NCBI GenBank assembly: GCA_951406725.2
Contig: OX597836.1
Coordinates: 31,186,001 to 31,250,000 of the forward strand
Direction: 5' to 3'
Length of the DNA stretch: 64,000 nt
Source of the DNA: Octopus vulgaris
Taxonomy: Eukaryota
The notes beneath the pieces were generated by a model that saw nothing but the letters and a program-made list of their open reading frames with translations, was not told the origin of the DNA and did not search any database. This document shows positions 34,221 to 48,020 of the stretch, one piece after another. Position 1 is the stretch's first letter. Every line of letters starts with the position of its first letter. Made by a program: the position numbers and the translations under genes.

Positions 34221-37200
34221 GGGCATCTTTTAGCTGCTGTCAACCAAATCCACTCAGAAGGCTTTGGTTGGCCAGGGGCTATAGTAAAAGTCAATTGTTC
34301 AAGGTGCCACACAGTGGGACTGAACTCAGAACCATGTGGTTGGAAAGCAAACGTCTTACCATGCAGTCATGCCCACACCTATAACACACGCACACATAAA
34401 TAGACACACATTTATACATTAACCAATCACACCCCACCAATTTATACATCTGTCTTCCCTTTATTGATAATATAAATAATAGAACAAGTTACAAATACAA
34501 TAATTATGAAAGATGCAAGTAAAAGTGGTTATCATGGGGCTACTGCTTGTATATATCATAAATCTCCATACTGACATAGAATGGACAAACCTACAATATA
34601 AAGCCATTTCATACATCTATAAAAACTTGACAGATTTGTCACCACTGACACTGAAAGCTGTGAACATGTGAATGTCGATGATTGTGGTGATGGTGACAAA
34701 TTGTTATGAATGTAGAAAATGCAGAATGAAAAAGCTGCATGTGTTGAACAAGATGAATTTATTTACAACAACTGGTTTAAACGACCAGGAACAACAAATA
34801 TTTAGTTTCCATTAAATTGGTAGGTGTGGGTGAGGTGTTAGTCGTAAGCTTTTAAGACTGACCCTTTAGTATTTAAACTAACAACATCTGGACCCTCACA
34901 TCTGCCCTCTGCCCTATGAGGTCATTCTAAAAATAAGTAATCACATCATCGAAATCTTGAAGCTACGAGATAATGCATGATTAATCCAAAACAATGTGAA
35001 TAAATAAGCATGACATTTGACTGAGTAATCTGAATGTTAAAGGGTTAAGGCTAAACAGTGACTGTCAGAGAGAAAGTAATGGATTGGGCTACACAAAAGA
35101 AACGGTAAGAAAAACTGGAGCTTTGTGAAGAACTCACTCAGTTCAATTAGATTAATAAGGACTAAACAAAGGTTATGGCAAATATTCTGCAGAAGATTTA
35201 ATCAAATGGAGTAGAAATGATGTCCTTCTCTCTGGAATGGTCACTTTGTGGAAATAAAGCTGAGAAGATATCACTAAGACAACCAATAATCACTAGAGAA
35301 AAAGGTTCTTGAATGTTGTTTATGGCTCAGAGGGGAGAAGGGCAGAAGCCATAATCTTTACGTAGACCATGTATGTTTGTCAAAAATGCAGTTTATGAAA
35401 TGGTACTCTTTTGAATGATATTACCCATTCGTTGTCTGACTGACCAGAACTTTGTCCATTTTAATTGTACCTGATAAACTGTTCTGTCTCTCTAGGAAGA
35501 GTGACAGAGGCAAAGATGTAAAACGACAAACAGGTAAAGATATGAACATGAGCAAAAGCATGGTTTGTGTAGTAAAAAGTTTAATTCTCAACCACATGGT
35601 GCTGTTCCACTGTGTGGCCCCTTGGGCAAGTCTTTTACTATATATCCTTGGGCTGACCAAAGCCTTGTGAATGGATTTAGTAGACGGAAACCAAGAAAAG
35701 CCCAGCATAAAGTGGTTAGAGTGTAGGGCTCACAATCACGGGATAGTGTGTGTTGTGTTCTTGAGCAAGATGCTTCATTTCATGTTGCTCCAGTTCACTC
35801 ATTTGTAGAAATGAGTTGCGATGACACTGGTGCCAAGCTGTATTGGCCTTTGCCTCTCCCTTGGATAACATTGGTGGTGTGGAGAGGGGAGGATTGTAAG
35901 CATGGGTGACTGCTAGTCTTCCATAAACAACCTTGCCTGGAATTGTGCCTCAGAGGATACCTTTCTAAGTGCAAATTCATGGTCATTCATCACCGAAAGG
36001 AATCTTTACCCTTTATATAAATATCATCATCATTTAACGTCCCCTTTCCATGCTAGCATGGGTTGGACGGTTGGACTGAGGACTGGCGAACCAGATGGCT
36101 GCACCAGCCTCCAATCTGATCTGGCAGATTATCTACAGCTGGATGCCCTTCCCAACACCAACCACTCAGAGTGTAGTGGGTGCTTTTAGATACCACTGGC
36201 ACGAGGGCCATTCTGGCGGTACTGAAATAAACACACGTGTGTGTGTGTTTGTGTCTCCATGTTTTGACACCGTATGACAGTTATACAAGCAATGTCATTC
36301 CTTTCCAATATTCTCAAAGAATATTAGGAAACATTACTTTGGCTATTAGGAAGCATTATTTTGTTTGAAGACAGTTGAGGGTTGGTGGCAGGAAGGGCAT
36401 CTGGCCATAGAAGATATGCCTCCATAAACTCTGTCTGACCCATGAGAATATGGAAAAGTGGATATCAAAAAAAATAATGACGATGATGTAAAGATGCAAC
36501 CATATTTTTCAATTCTGGATCCTTTTGTGACTAAATCCTATCTCAGTATGGAGGTTAAAGATGGTTGCTTCAAAAGATTCTCTTGCTGAGCCATCTCTGT
36601 CACACACACACACACATTGGTGGCGGTGGTGGGATATAACGGGGGTGGGGAGGTCGTCGATAAGTAATTTCTACAAATTTCCTGGCAATGAACAAAATAA
36701 TAACAGGAAATGTTAAAGCAGAGATGGGGGAAGGAAGTAGCAAGAGAAAGAGAGACACACACGGAGAAGGAAGTAGAGAGAGAGATACAGAGAAATGAAG
36801 CAGCAATGACATTTTCCATGACAAATCAGATTTGGAAAGTTGCTAAAAGACTGCTGGAAGGAGTAGGGACGGGGGGAGCGTTGTATAAGGTCAACACGAG
36901 TGATTTGGTTAACAACTTTTAGATGTTAAAAACTATTAAGAGACAAGGAAAGGATTATACACACAAGATGATTGACTTAAGATTATTATATAAATAAGAC
37001 AAAGAGATATTCACTAAATTTATTATTAATTTCCTGCTTACCAATTAAGGTATTTAACTCAAATACAATATAATCTCAAATGTAATGCAACCCGAAAATT
37101 TTGTACCTAAAAGTCAGTAATAGTATATTTTATCTTACATAATAAGAGCCCTGAGTACATCGTCATAACTTAACATCTACTTTTCCATGCCTGCATGGGT

Positions 37201-40200
37201 CAGAGGGAACTCGTTGAAGTGGATTTTTCTATATGGCTTAATGCCCTTCCTGTTACTAACCGTCACCTGCTTCCAAGAAAGGTAATATTTTCTCCATTGC
37301 TAGACATGTTTTCTATGGAAGACTGGAAATGAAATAAAAATTCATCACTTGTATGACAATGATGTTTATTTACAACCACCATGAGATGGTATAGACAAAG
37401 TACACACGCATGCACACACACACACACAAGCACGCATTTGCAACAGGTTTATTTCAGTTTTTGTCTGTCAAAGCTTTGTGAGTGGATTTGGTTGGCCCAG
37501 GGCTACAGTAGAAGATACTTGCTCAAGGTGCCTCGCTTTGGGACTGAACCCAAGACCACATAGTTGGGAAGCAAACTTCTTAACCACACAGCCACACCTG
37601 TTTCAATAGAAACCTTTAAAACAAAACGAAACACCTTTGGTTTGTTTTAGCTATCACAACTAAGACAATACTGGAACATCTTAAGAACAAACTTCGGGTG
37701 AGCTTACCACCACAGAACCAAATCTCTTAACCCTTCTGATACCAACCCATTCACGACTGTCCCCTCATTCTATAAAAATTGCCTGTTTTAAAATTACCTA
37801 AATTAAAAACTTCAATCAAAATGTCACATAAGTTTATGTTCCAATCACCAATCATGTAAATGACAGGTATTTTATTAAATTCTTCATTATTTTCAAAATT
37901 AATTGAAATAAAGATATTGTATTTGTAATATGGTAACAAGAGGCCTAAAGCACAGCCTATTGTCTTTAAAGGCAGGATCCATTAGACATTCTACTTCTAG
38001 ATACATTATGTATCTAGAACAGCAATGGCCAATGTCTCCTATCTGCATGTATATATACCTCATCATCATTATGATCCAGTGTTTTAAATTCAGGTTTTTG
38101 TCCCCATTAATGGGGGTGGCCAGATCTACCTCAGTGCCATAGCAACCGCAATCACACCAATTTCAAAACAAGGAGACACAACACATACACATTCTTGCAT
38201 ACAACAGATTTTGTCTTCGGATATGGTTACCAATGGTTACATACTACTGATAAAGCTCAAAGAGGCAAACATGTGCATCTAGCAGTTACCCCACCACAGC
38301 GGAGTGATTTTTGCCTGTCAATAATATATTACATCCATAAGAAATATCACAGTTAATTTGTCTTTTTGTGATGGATTTGCATTAAGTATGATACATAGAT
38401 GGCTGTTTTAATCTAATACTGCTTCTGTTGCACATAACAGACATATATATATATATATATATATATATCATTATATCAACCAGACTATCAGATGTTGCTA
38501 TACACCGCTGGTCACAATGCACTTCCTTGCATTGTTGTAGCTTTTTGAATGAAGCCATCGTTCTTCCTGATTGAAATGCAGTCCATTGCAGGGTCACCCA
38601 TTTACAGCTGACTGGACTGGAGCAACATGAAGTGTTTTGATCAAGAACACAATGCGCTGCCAATCTGGAAATTGAACCCATGACCTTGTGATCACAAGTG
38701 CAACACCTTAACCACTTGGGTATATATTTTGATATTTTACCATTATCATCATAGCAGAAGTTGTGCTGCCTTTACAGCAGCTCATGACTTGTATGTTTTT
38801 ATCATCTACCATGAATGGCGAGAGGAAAAGAGAAAGAAAGTGAGAGAGGGGTTGTTTCTGACAAACGTCTCATCTAGTCTAAGTTGTCTCTTTTTGCTTC
38901 TTCCTTTTTTTTTATGGGGGGTGGTTTTTACAGCTGGATGCCCTTTCTGCCTCTTTTATAGTGTTGACAGGCTGTGCACATGTGTCTAGTTACACATGCT
39001 GTTTGCCCCATAGAATTCAAAAATACAGAAAGAAACAGGGATTAAACAAAATGTAAAGCATACAACAGCCTAGTTTCTTAAACTATGGTTCATGACCGCC
39101 TGGAGGTTGTGCAAACATTATTATTATTATTATTATTGAGGTCACAGAACTTGTCAGGAGAATGCTAAAATTTGTTTGCTTTACCTAGAGTATTTCACCT
39201 ATGTACCACACTCTGTCGGTTAAAATGACGAGTGTCTGATCAACAGAGCAGCCTGCTTGTGAAATTAATGTGCAAGTGGCTGAGCACTCCACAAGCATGC
39301 AAATAATTCAATGTGACCCAGAATGTGACAAGGCTGGCTCTCTGAGATTCAGGCACAACTCATATTTGTCAGCAGAGTGGAGTGGAGCTACATGAAGTAA
39401 AGTGTCATACTCAAGGACACAACTTGCAGGAGGGAACTGAACTAAAGCCTTTAATCTTGAGCCAACTGTTAAACTGACTGATATAAGTGTGGCTCGACTA
39501 TTGGTGTGACTAAGATGTTCAAATAACAGTGCCAAGACAACTGGCTGTAGTTCATTTTCCTCAAAGAGGAATTAAATTCCTTTAAGGAGATTGGTCTGGA
39601 ATAGAATAGCTGTGTTGATGTACATACTGATAGGACCAGAGTATTGATAGAAAAATTGTGGGATTTCAAGCTAAAGTTAAATCTGAAATATTAATTAATC
39701 TTTGCATGATTCATCAAGAGGCATTAAGCAGCTTAAGAAAATCCCCCCAAAGAATTCTACAGAGCTGAGTATAGTAATTTAAAATGTAATTAAAATTATC
39801 AACTTCATTAAAAATGAATGAGTGTTCGTTTTGCAAATCTATGCTCAGGATATGAGTTCTGAGTTCAGTAAATTTTACAGATGGGATGAGCTTTGAGATG
39901 GCTAGCAGATTTAAACAAAGATATTTACATCAGAATCCAAATCTTGTAAAATTCCTTCGTAATAGGAACTGGCTCCACAAATTATGCTATTTGGCAGACA
40001 TATTTGAGAAGCTTAACAAACTTTATGTCTGCAAAGGGAGAACATATTCAATTTCAAAGGTAAAATTGAAACGTTCATAAGCAAAATAAGTATCGGTAAG
40101 AAAACAGAAGAGAAATTAATGTCCAATTATTACTATTCTCTTGCCTTTAGATAGGTCATTTGATTGATCAATCAATCTGTGTGTGTGTACAAGGGGTTGC

Positions 40201-41769
40201 TTAAAAGTTCTTGGCCTTGGGTAAAAAGATAACTGCCAGATCAGTTAATTATGACTTTACTCAACTTATTCCCCTCTCAGATTCACACACTTATTGCAGC
40301 AGCCCTTCAATTTTTCTAAGCCCTGAAAAGAAATTGGAAGGTTGGGCCTCTAAGCAGGCCTTTCACAATACCCTTACAGCCAGGAACTTTTCGGCATCAC
40401 CTCATATACACACACACACGACAGGCTTCTTTCAATTTCCACCAACCAAATCCACTTCAAGGTTTTTGTTGACCCTGGGCTATAGCATAAGACGCTTGCC
40501 CAAGGTGGCATGCAGTGGGACTGAACCCAAAACCATGTGGTTTGGCAGCACGCATTTTAACCACAGAGCCACACCTACGCCTATATTTACTGAATCAGTT
40601 TTGTGCTATAAAATTACCTGGGAAAAAAATTGCGTCATTATTTGATTTTTTTTCTTACAACTAATTTATACACTTGTAACAAATTATGTCAATTAATATG
40701 TACCACTGAAACACGGCTCACTGCATTTATATAATATATTTCCAGATCAAACATTCAATATCATTACTGTAAACATACAAATCCCATTAACATGATTCAC
40801 AAAATACACTTCCTTCTCCTAGACTCTTAATATACATTTGAACACAAGATATTTGGTACTATGTGTTACTATACAAAACTCACTAGGAAACATGAAATTA
40901 ACAGTTCATTATATTGAATTTACACAAACGAGTATTGATAACTGAATATAGTAACATCCTGTTTGTAAATGGTTGATTGCATTATCAACAAAGGGGTTTT
41001 TTAACAATATAAAGAGCAGACATTCTTGTCATTTTTTGGTATAAACTGAGCAGGGAATAAAAACTAAACAAGAACAAAACAAACATCGTCCATCTAATTC
41101 TAAGAGAAATTTTCTTACATGAATAGTTTAAATTGTTTTTGTTTTTTTTTACATACCTTTTATTGGAGACCTATTGAGTCAAGTACATCAACATCAAAAT
41201 GAAAATCAAATGGAATTGTAGTTGTGATACCCGTGCCGGTGGCATGTAAAAAGTGCCAACCGATCGTGGCCGTTGCCAGCCTCCTCTGGCCCCTGTGCCA
41301 GTGGCACGTAAAAAGCACCCATTACACTCGTGGAGTGGTTGGCGTTAGGAAAGGCATCCAGCTGTAGAAACACTGCCAGATCAGACTGGAGCCTGGTGCA
41401 GCCTCCTGGCTTCTCAGACCCCGGTCGAACCACCCGACCCATGTTAGCATGGAAAACGGACATTAAACGATGATGATGATATATATATATATATAGATAG
41501 ATAGATTGATGAAATGCTCTAATAAACAAAACAAACGGTATTCTTTGTGAAAATTCTGCAATCTCAAATAATCTGTGTATGATCCTCACGCAGGTAATGA
41601 CCCACATACAGCTTAAGAAATGAAGATGCAGACTTTAGAAATGAATTGCAGGAAGAAATATGTAGACTACAGGGAGTGTATAAAAATAAAAAGGAGAAAG
41701 ATAAAATACTATTTTATATGGAGTAGCAATTCCGAAGGGAACACATTTGCATTCTAAAGGTTAGAAAAA

Positions 41770-41811
<42 letters not shown>

Positions 41812-43260
41812 CATACACACACACATTCATATACACACATGTATAAATATGTATTAGCTTATTTATATGAATATTTATTAAGTTACATGAGATTTAGTAT
41901 ATATACATAGGGTTTTGTAGAATTACATGTATGTATGTATGGGTGTGTGTGTGTATATATATATGTATGTTTGTATGTATGTATATTTGACAAGAAAAAA
42001 AAAGAAAAACCGTTCCAGATAAAATGCCATGCTTAAACTGTCAAGAAACACCGTGATTAAGAAAAAAAAAAAGTCAATGACAGAAAACATGTAACAGAAT
42101 TTTCAAAAGAAAAATTACAAAAACTCAATTGACCAGTTTTTCAATTATATAATTTCAGTTTAGTATAATTAGAGAAAGTAAATGAGTCCTACGTTGAAAA
42201 GAACATTTAAGGGTGGTGGCTTGGTCGACAAATTCTCTTATGGTATTTGTCCAAGCCTTTTATATGCTGTGTTCAAATATCACCGAGGTGAACTTACACC
42301 TGTTATCCTTTTGGATTTGATAAAATAAAGTACCAATGAATTACTGAGTCGAAATTTAATCTATTAAGGCCCTCTCTGCAAATTTGTGGCCCCTGTGCCT
42401 ATGCTAGGCTCTATTATTGAATACAAATTACAGGGCATTCGCTATTTTGCTAGGAAAATGTTTTGAAAAAACAAATCCTAAAAAATCCCTAAAATTTTAA
42501 CCAAGGTAGATTTTCGCTTTTAATCTTCTATTTGCTCTATCAGTAAAATATTTTTGTTTTTGTCCAGGTTTACTCAGAAGAACTGGCCATGCTGGGGCAC
42601 TGCCATTAAAAAGAATGCAAAAAAGTCTTGTTTGTGTTGGTTAGAAATCAAATCTGGGCTTCCCACATATATGTATGTAAATATATATACACATATATAT
42701 ATACATATATACATATGTCCCGTCCGTGTTTTTTGTATTGTCTTCTAAATGTTTTGCGTTCTTGTCCCACTTTGTATTTTTTTACATATATATATATGTG
42801 TGTGTGTGTGTGTGTTTGACTATACATATATATGCATAACTATATGTACATGCATATAATTAACTACATATACATATATATTCTTTTATTTGTTTCAGTC
42901 ATTTGATTGCAGCCATGCTGGAGCACTGCCTTTAGTCGAACAAATCGATTCCAGGACTTATTCTTTGTAAGCCAAGTACTTATTCTATTGGTCTCTTTTA
43001 CGGAGGCGTAAACACACCAACATCGGATATGTATATACTCTTTACTCTTTTACTTGTTTCAGTCATTTGACTGCGGCCATGCTGGAGCACTGCCTTTAGT
43101 CGAGCAAATCGACCCCGGGACTTATTCTTTGTAAGCCCAGTACTTATTCTATCGGTCTCTTTTGCCGAACCGCTAAGTGACGGGGACGTAAACACACCAA
43201 CATCGGTTGTCAAGCAATGCTAGGGGGACAAACACAGACACACAAACATATACACACACA

Positions 43261-43299
<39 letters not shown>

Positions 43300-43632
43300 G
43301 ACAAGCTTCTTTCAGTTTCCGTCTACCAAATCCACTCACAAGGCATTGGTCGGCCCGGGGCTATAGCAGAAGACACTTGCCCAAGATGCCACGCAGTGGG
43401 ACTGAACCCGGATGGTCTTCTTTCAGTTTCTCTCTACCAAATCCACTCACAAGGCTTTGGTTTGGCCCGAGGCTATAGTAGAAGACACTTGCCCAAGGTG
43501 CTACACAGTGGGACTGAACCTGGGACCATGTAGTTGGTAAGCAAGCTACTTTCCACACACCCACTCCTGTATGACTATATACACACACACACACATATAT
43601 ATATATATACATATGTGCATTACTATATATAC

Positions 43633-43663
<31 letters not shown>

Positions 43664-44469
43664 AGTATATATTTGCAACTATACAAATATAGTAAGTTTG
43701 ATTCAGCATCAGGCAACTTAAAGTTTTACATGTTGTCAAACAAAGCTATACAGAAACATAACACACAGAAAAGATCCGATATCGCAACATTGGTCATGCA
43801 TACAAACACACATTTACAATTCATGTTTTTTTTCCCCCTAAATCACCATCATCACCCTTAATAAATGTCCACTAACCTTTATAGGTCAAGTTACATCCAA
43901 TTTGACCATAGAGAGAGAAGACAGTAGATAAAAGCAGAAAAACAAACCTTTCCTCAGACAAAAAGGATCAAAAGTGAAGGGGAAAAAAAATGTTTGAAAG
44001 TGGTGCTTGCTCTAAAAATAATCCAACAGTTGTGCTACTGGTAGTAGAGTGGTAGTATTCAGTGGTGTTTTTATTGTTGTAGTTGTTGGAAGAGTGGCAG
44101 GAAGGGAAGCTGTATTGCACGAATGAATAATATATGTATGTGTGTGTGTGTGCAAAATGTTTCAAAATGTGGGTTTTTTTTTAAAGGAGGAATCCAACAG
44201 ATGTGTGTAATTGTAACTGCTACTGTTGTTATCTGAAGAGGAGGAGAGGGGAAAGAGGAGGAGCTCAGTGTGTGTGTGTGTGTGTGCGCGAATGTGTTGA
44301 TGTCAGTGTAAGGCCCCTTAGCTTATTGTTGTCTCAGTGATTGTGGACCAAGCCCACAGAAATATGAATCATTCCTGAAACTGTCAAGACAAAAACATTC
44401 ATCACAGACTTTGTTGTGTGTGTGTGTGTGTTTGGTTTTAACTTGTTTAACAGATTACTTGGGGGTGGA

Positions 44470-44514
<45 letters not shown>

Positions 44515-46685
44515 CTAGATAGATAGATAAATAGAGAGAAAGAAATAAGGGGTAACAAACTAGCTTTTTTTTTTTTACTCCCACCCTCCTTCTGGTCTGA
44601 AGGCAATGAGGAAAGTAGGGTTAGTGAGGGTTGGAAAGGAGGAGCCAATGAAGAACGGTGGTGGTGGTGGGGAATGTTGATGTAGGGAGAAGAATGGTGG
44701 TGGTCTGCTGTTTGTGTATATGTTGTAGTAGTGTGTGTGTGTGTGTGTGTGAGAAACAGATAAGCAATCACCTCTTCCTTCATTCACCACTCTATCCTTG
44801 CCACATCTGTAGACAGAAGAGAAACCATATTAATGGTTGCTATCAGTTCACCACCCTCACACCACCACTGCAGTCACCACCCTATCCAGTGCCGCTGCCA
44901 CCACCACTGCAGTCACCACCTCCCCCAGTGCCGACACCGCCGCCACCACCACCACTTTTAACACAACTTGGCTGACTGACTGACTGACTGACCCAGACAA
45001 AACTGACAAACATCCTAGCATCACCAGCATCCTAACTACAACCACCACCACCACCACCACCACCACTAAAATAACAATCAACCACAGCCACAACCACCAT
45101 TACACCACACTCGCAACCACCTTACTCACCACCACCACCATCACATTAACAATCAACCAACAATCTCACCACCACTACCCTGATCCCAGTGAACCACAAC
45201 CACTACAAGTAGTGGGTTGCTTAATCTGCTAGAAATAGCAGCTAATTTACCCACAAATAATACACTACCATTTAAAGAAAAAGGGGACACATTTCTTAAT
45301 GTAATTCTTGCAAGATGGTCATGTCTAGAACACCTTTGATTTTAGGCCTACTCAAAGAAAGTGGATCTGAGATTGAACATCAATAATCACCACATATTGG
45401 CGAGGGAACCTCTATGTGGTCATTTGGTTTGCTAGAAATAGCAACAAATTTTTGTTTCTCAAACCCCTCTTTCTAAATGTAATGCTTATTCATTCACATC
45501 GTTTTGCATTAATCCTGAATTAACCTTGTAGCCACAAGATTTTGATGAAGTGATTGTTCGATTTTAAAATGACATTGTAGGCTAGGTGTGAGAGGCTGGA
45601 TCCAGTTGGTTTGAACATAGAACAGGCAGAATATTTTGTATTGATATGGCCAGTTTAAATGCTAAAGGATTAACATACTCTATAGACCAGGAGCGGGACC
45701 CGCCACCCGTGGATGCAATTACGCCTGTGAGCCCATTCTATTGTGCCTGACATGTAAAAGCACCCAATACACTCTGTAAAGTATTTGGCATTAGGAAGGG
45801 CATCCGGCCATAGAAACCATGCCAAAACAGGCATAGAGCCTGGGGCAGATCTTCAGCTGGTCAGTTCCTGTCAAACCGGCCAACCCATGCCAACATGGTA
45901 AACAGATGTTAAAAGATTATGGGTTGGATAGTAAAGTTTGAGGATATATGTTGCAAGGAGTGTGGAGAGTGTAAAGACATTATTTCACTCTTGTGAAAGG
46001 TAGGAGAGTCCAGTTTGCTGGACATTGTTGCAGAGCTGAAAAAGAAGTAATTTCTACTCTTCTCCTCTGGAAGCCATCTACTCGCAATACCAGAGGGCGC
46101 ACACTCTCCTACCCTGATGTAATCACCAGGGATACAGGCATCCAGCAACAGGACCTCCGTAATGCTATGATGGACCGTGAAGTCTGGCGTAACATAGTAA
46201 ATTCCATTGTCTCGACCACGGTCGAACAATAATAATAATAATAATAATAATAAATAGATGTAAGAACCTAGTGAGGCTGACCTTCTTCTAAGACTAAGCG
46301 AAAGAGACAAGATTTGCAGAAGAAAGAGATTGCAAATGTTAAAGAAGGATGAGGTTTCCTTTTCTCTCTCATAACATGCTGGAGAAGAAGTTGTTATCTC
46401 TGAAATGAGGGGCAGCTTCTTGTGGGGAGGAGTGAAACAGCTTTTTGGGAAGTGGGAGGGGAGCTTGTTGCGGGGGGGGGGGGGGCAGCAGAAAACTGTA
46501 AATTAGGAGGGAGTGAAAATATGTTTGACTTTTATGATGGAGCAGCGAGAGAGATGCAGAAGGGTGGAGGTGATGGTGTGATGGTGGATTATCAAGTCAA
46601 TGTGTCATATCTCTTGCTTTTTGGTAGAGCGGACAGGGAAGAGGGAACATGAACCACATTAGCACCAGAAGAAATGCACCATATA

Positions 46686-46720
<35 letters not shown>

Positions 46721-46814
46721 GAATAAATATATACATATATATATACATATATATATATATACATATATATACATACATATATATATACATATATATACAT
46801 ACATATATATATAC

Positions 46815-46845
<31 letters not shown>

Positions 46846-46879
46846 CATATACATATATATATACATACATACATATACA

Positions 46880-46945
<66 letters not shown>

Positions 46946-46949
46946 CATA

Positions 46950-46985
<36 letters not shown>

Positions 46986-47044
46986 CATACACATATATAT
47001 ACATACATATATACATACATATATACATACATACATACATATAC

Positions 47045-47077
<33 letters not shown>

Positions 47078-47100
47078 CATACATACATACATATGCATAC

Positions 47101-47155
<55 letters not shown>

Positions 47156-47273
47156 CATATATATACATACATATACATATATACATACATATACATATAT
47201 ATACATACATATACATATATATACATACATATATATATACACACATACATATACATATATATACATACATATA

Positions 47274-47311
<38 letters not shown>

Positions 47312-47976
47312 CACACACACAAACAAATAAACACACATACATATACACAAACACATATGCACGCATACACTGTAAAGTCTTAAATGAATATACACATACA
47401 GATACACACACATATACACACAAACAGACAAACACAATTGAAGCAGTGTAGTAGACTGGATGGAAGTAGTTTGGTGTTGAGTGATGTTAAAGAAACATCA
47501 ATTTAAAAGGGTTGGTTAAGTTAGTAGGTAGTATATAGAAAGAACATATGCTTGATTCTCAGAGAACACTCAAAGACTGTATGAATAACTTACTACAGAC
47601 TCTATTATATATTGTTGTTGCTGCTGAGGCCCCCCAGGCCATCCATGTTCAAAGAGGCCTACAACCAAAAGAATTCCAGCAGCGAGCATCCTGTCTTTTT
47701 TTGGCATGTCTAGAATTACATTGTCAAATGTGTTTCCTATTTGTGCATAATATATATATCTCTCTTTTACTGGTTTCAGTCATTTGACTGCGGCCATGCA
47801 GGAGCACCGCCTTTAGTCGAGCAGATCGACCCCCACCGGGACTTATTCTTTGTAAGCCCAGTACTTATTCTATCGGTCTCTTTTGCCGAACTGCTAAGTG
47901 ACGGGGACATAAACACACCAGCATCGGTTGTCAAGCAATGCTAGGGGGACAAACACAGACACACAAACATACACGC

Positions 47977-48020
<44 letters not shown>

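Noticed and set aside
44658-45093. Proline-rich and valine-rich ORFs
   Set aside because: Derived from (CCA)n low-complexity sequence; no supporting exon structure.
46592-47437. Longest ORFs in the track (218-281 aa)
   Set aside because: Pure (TA/TACA)n microsatellite artefacts.
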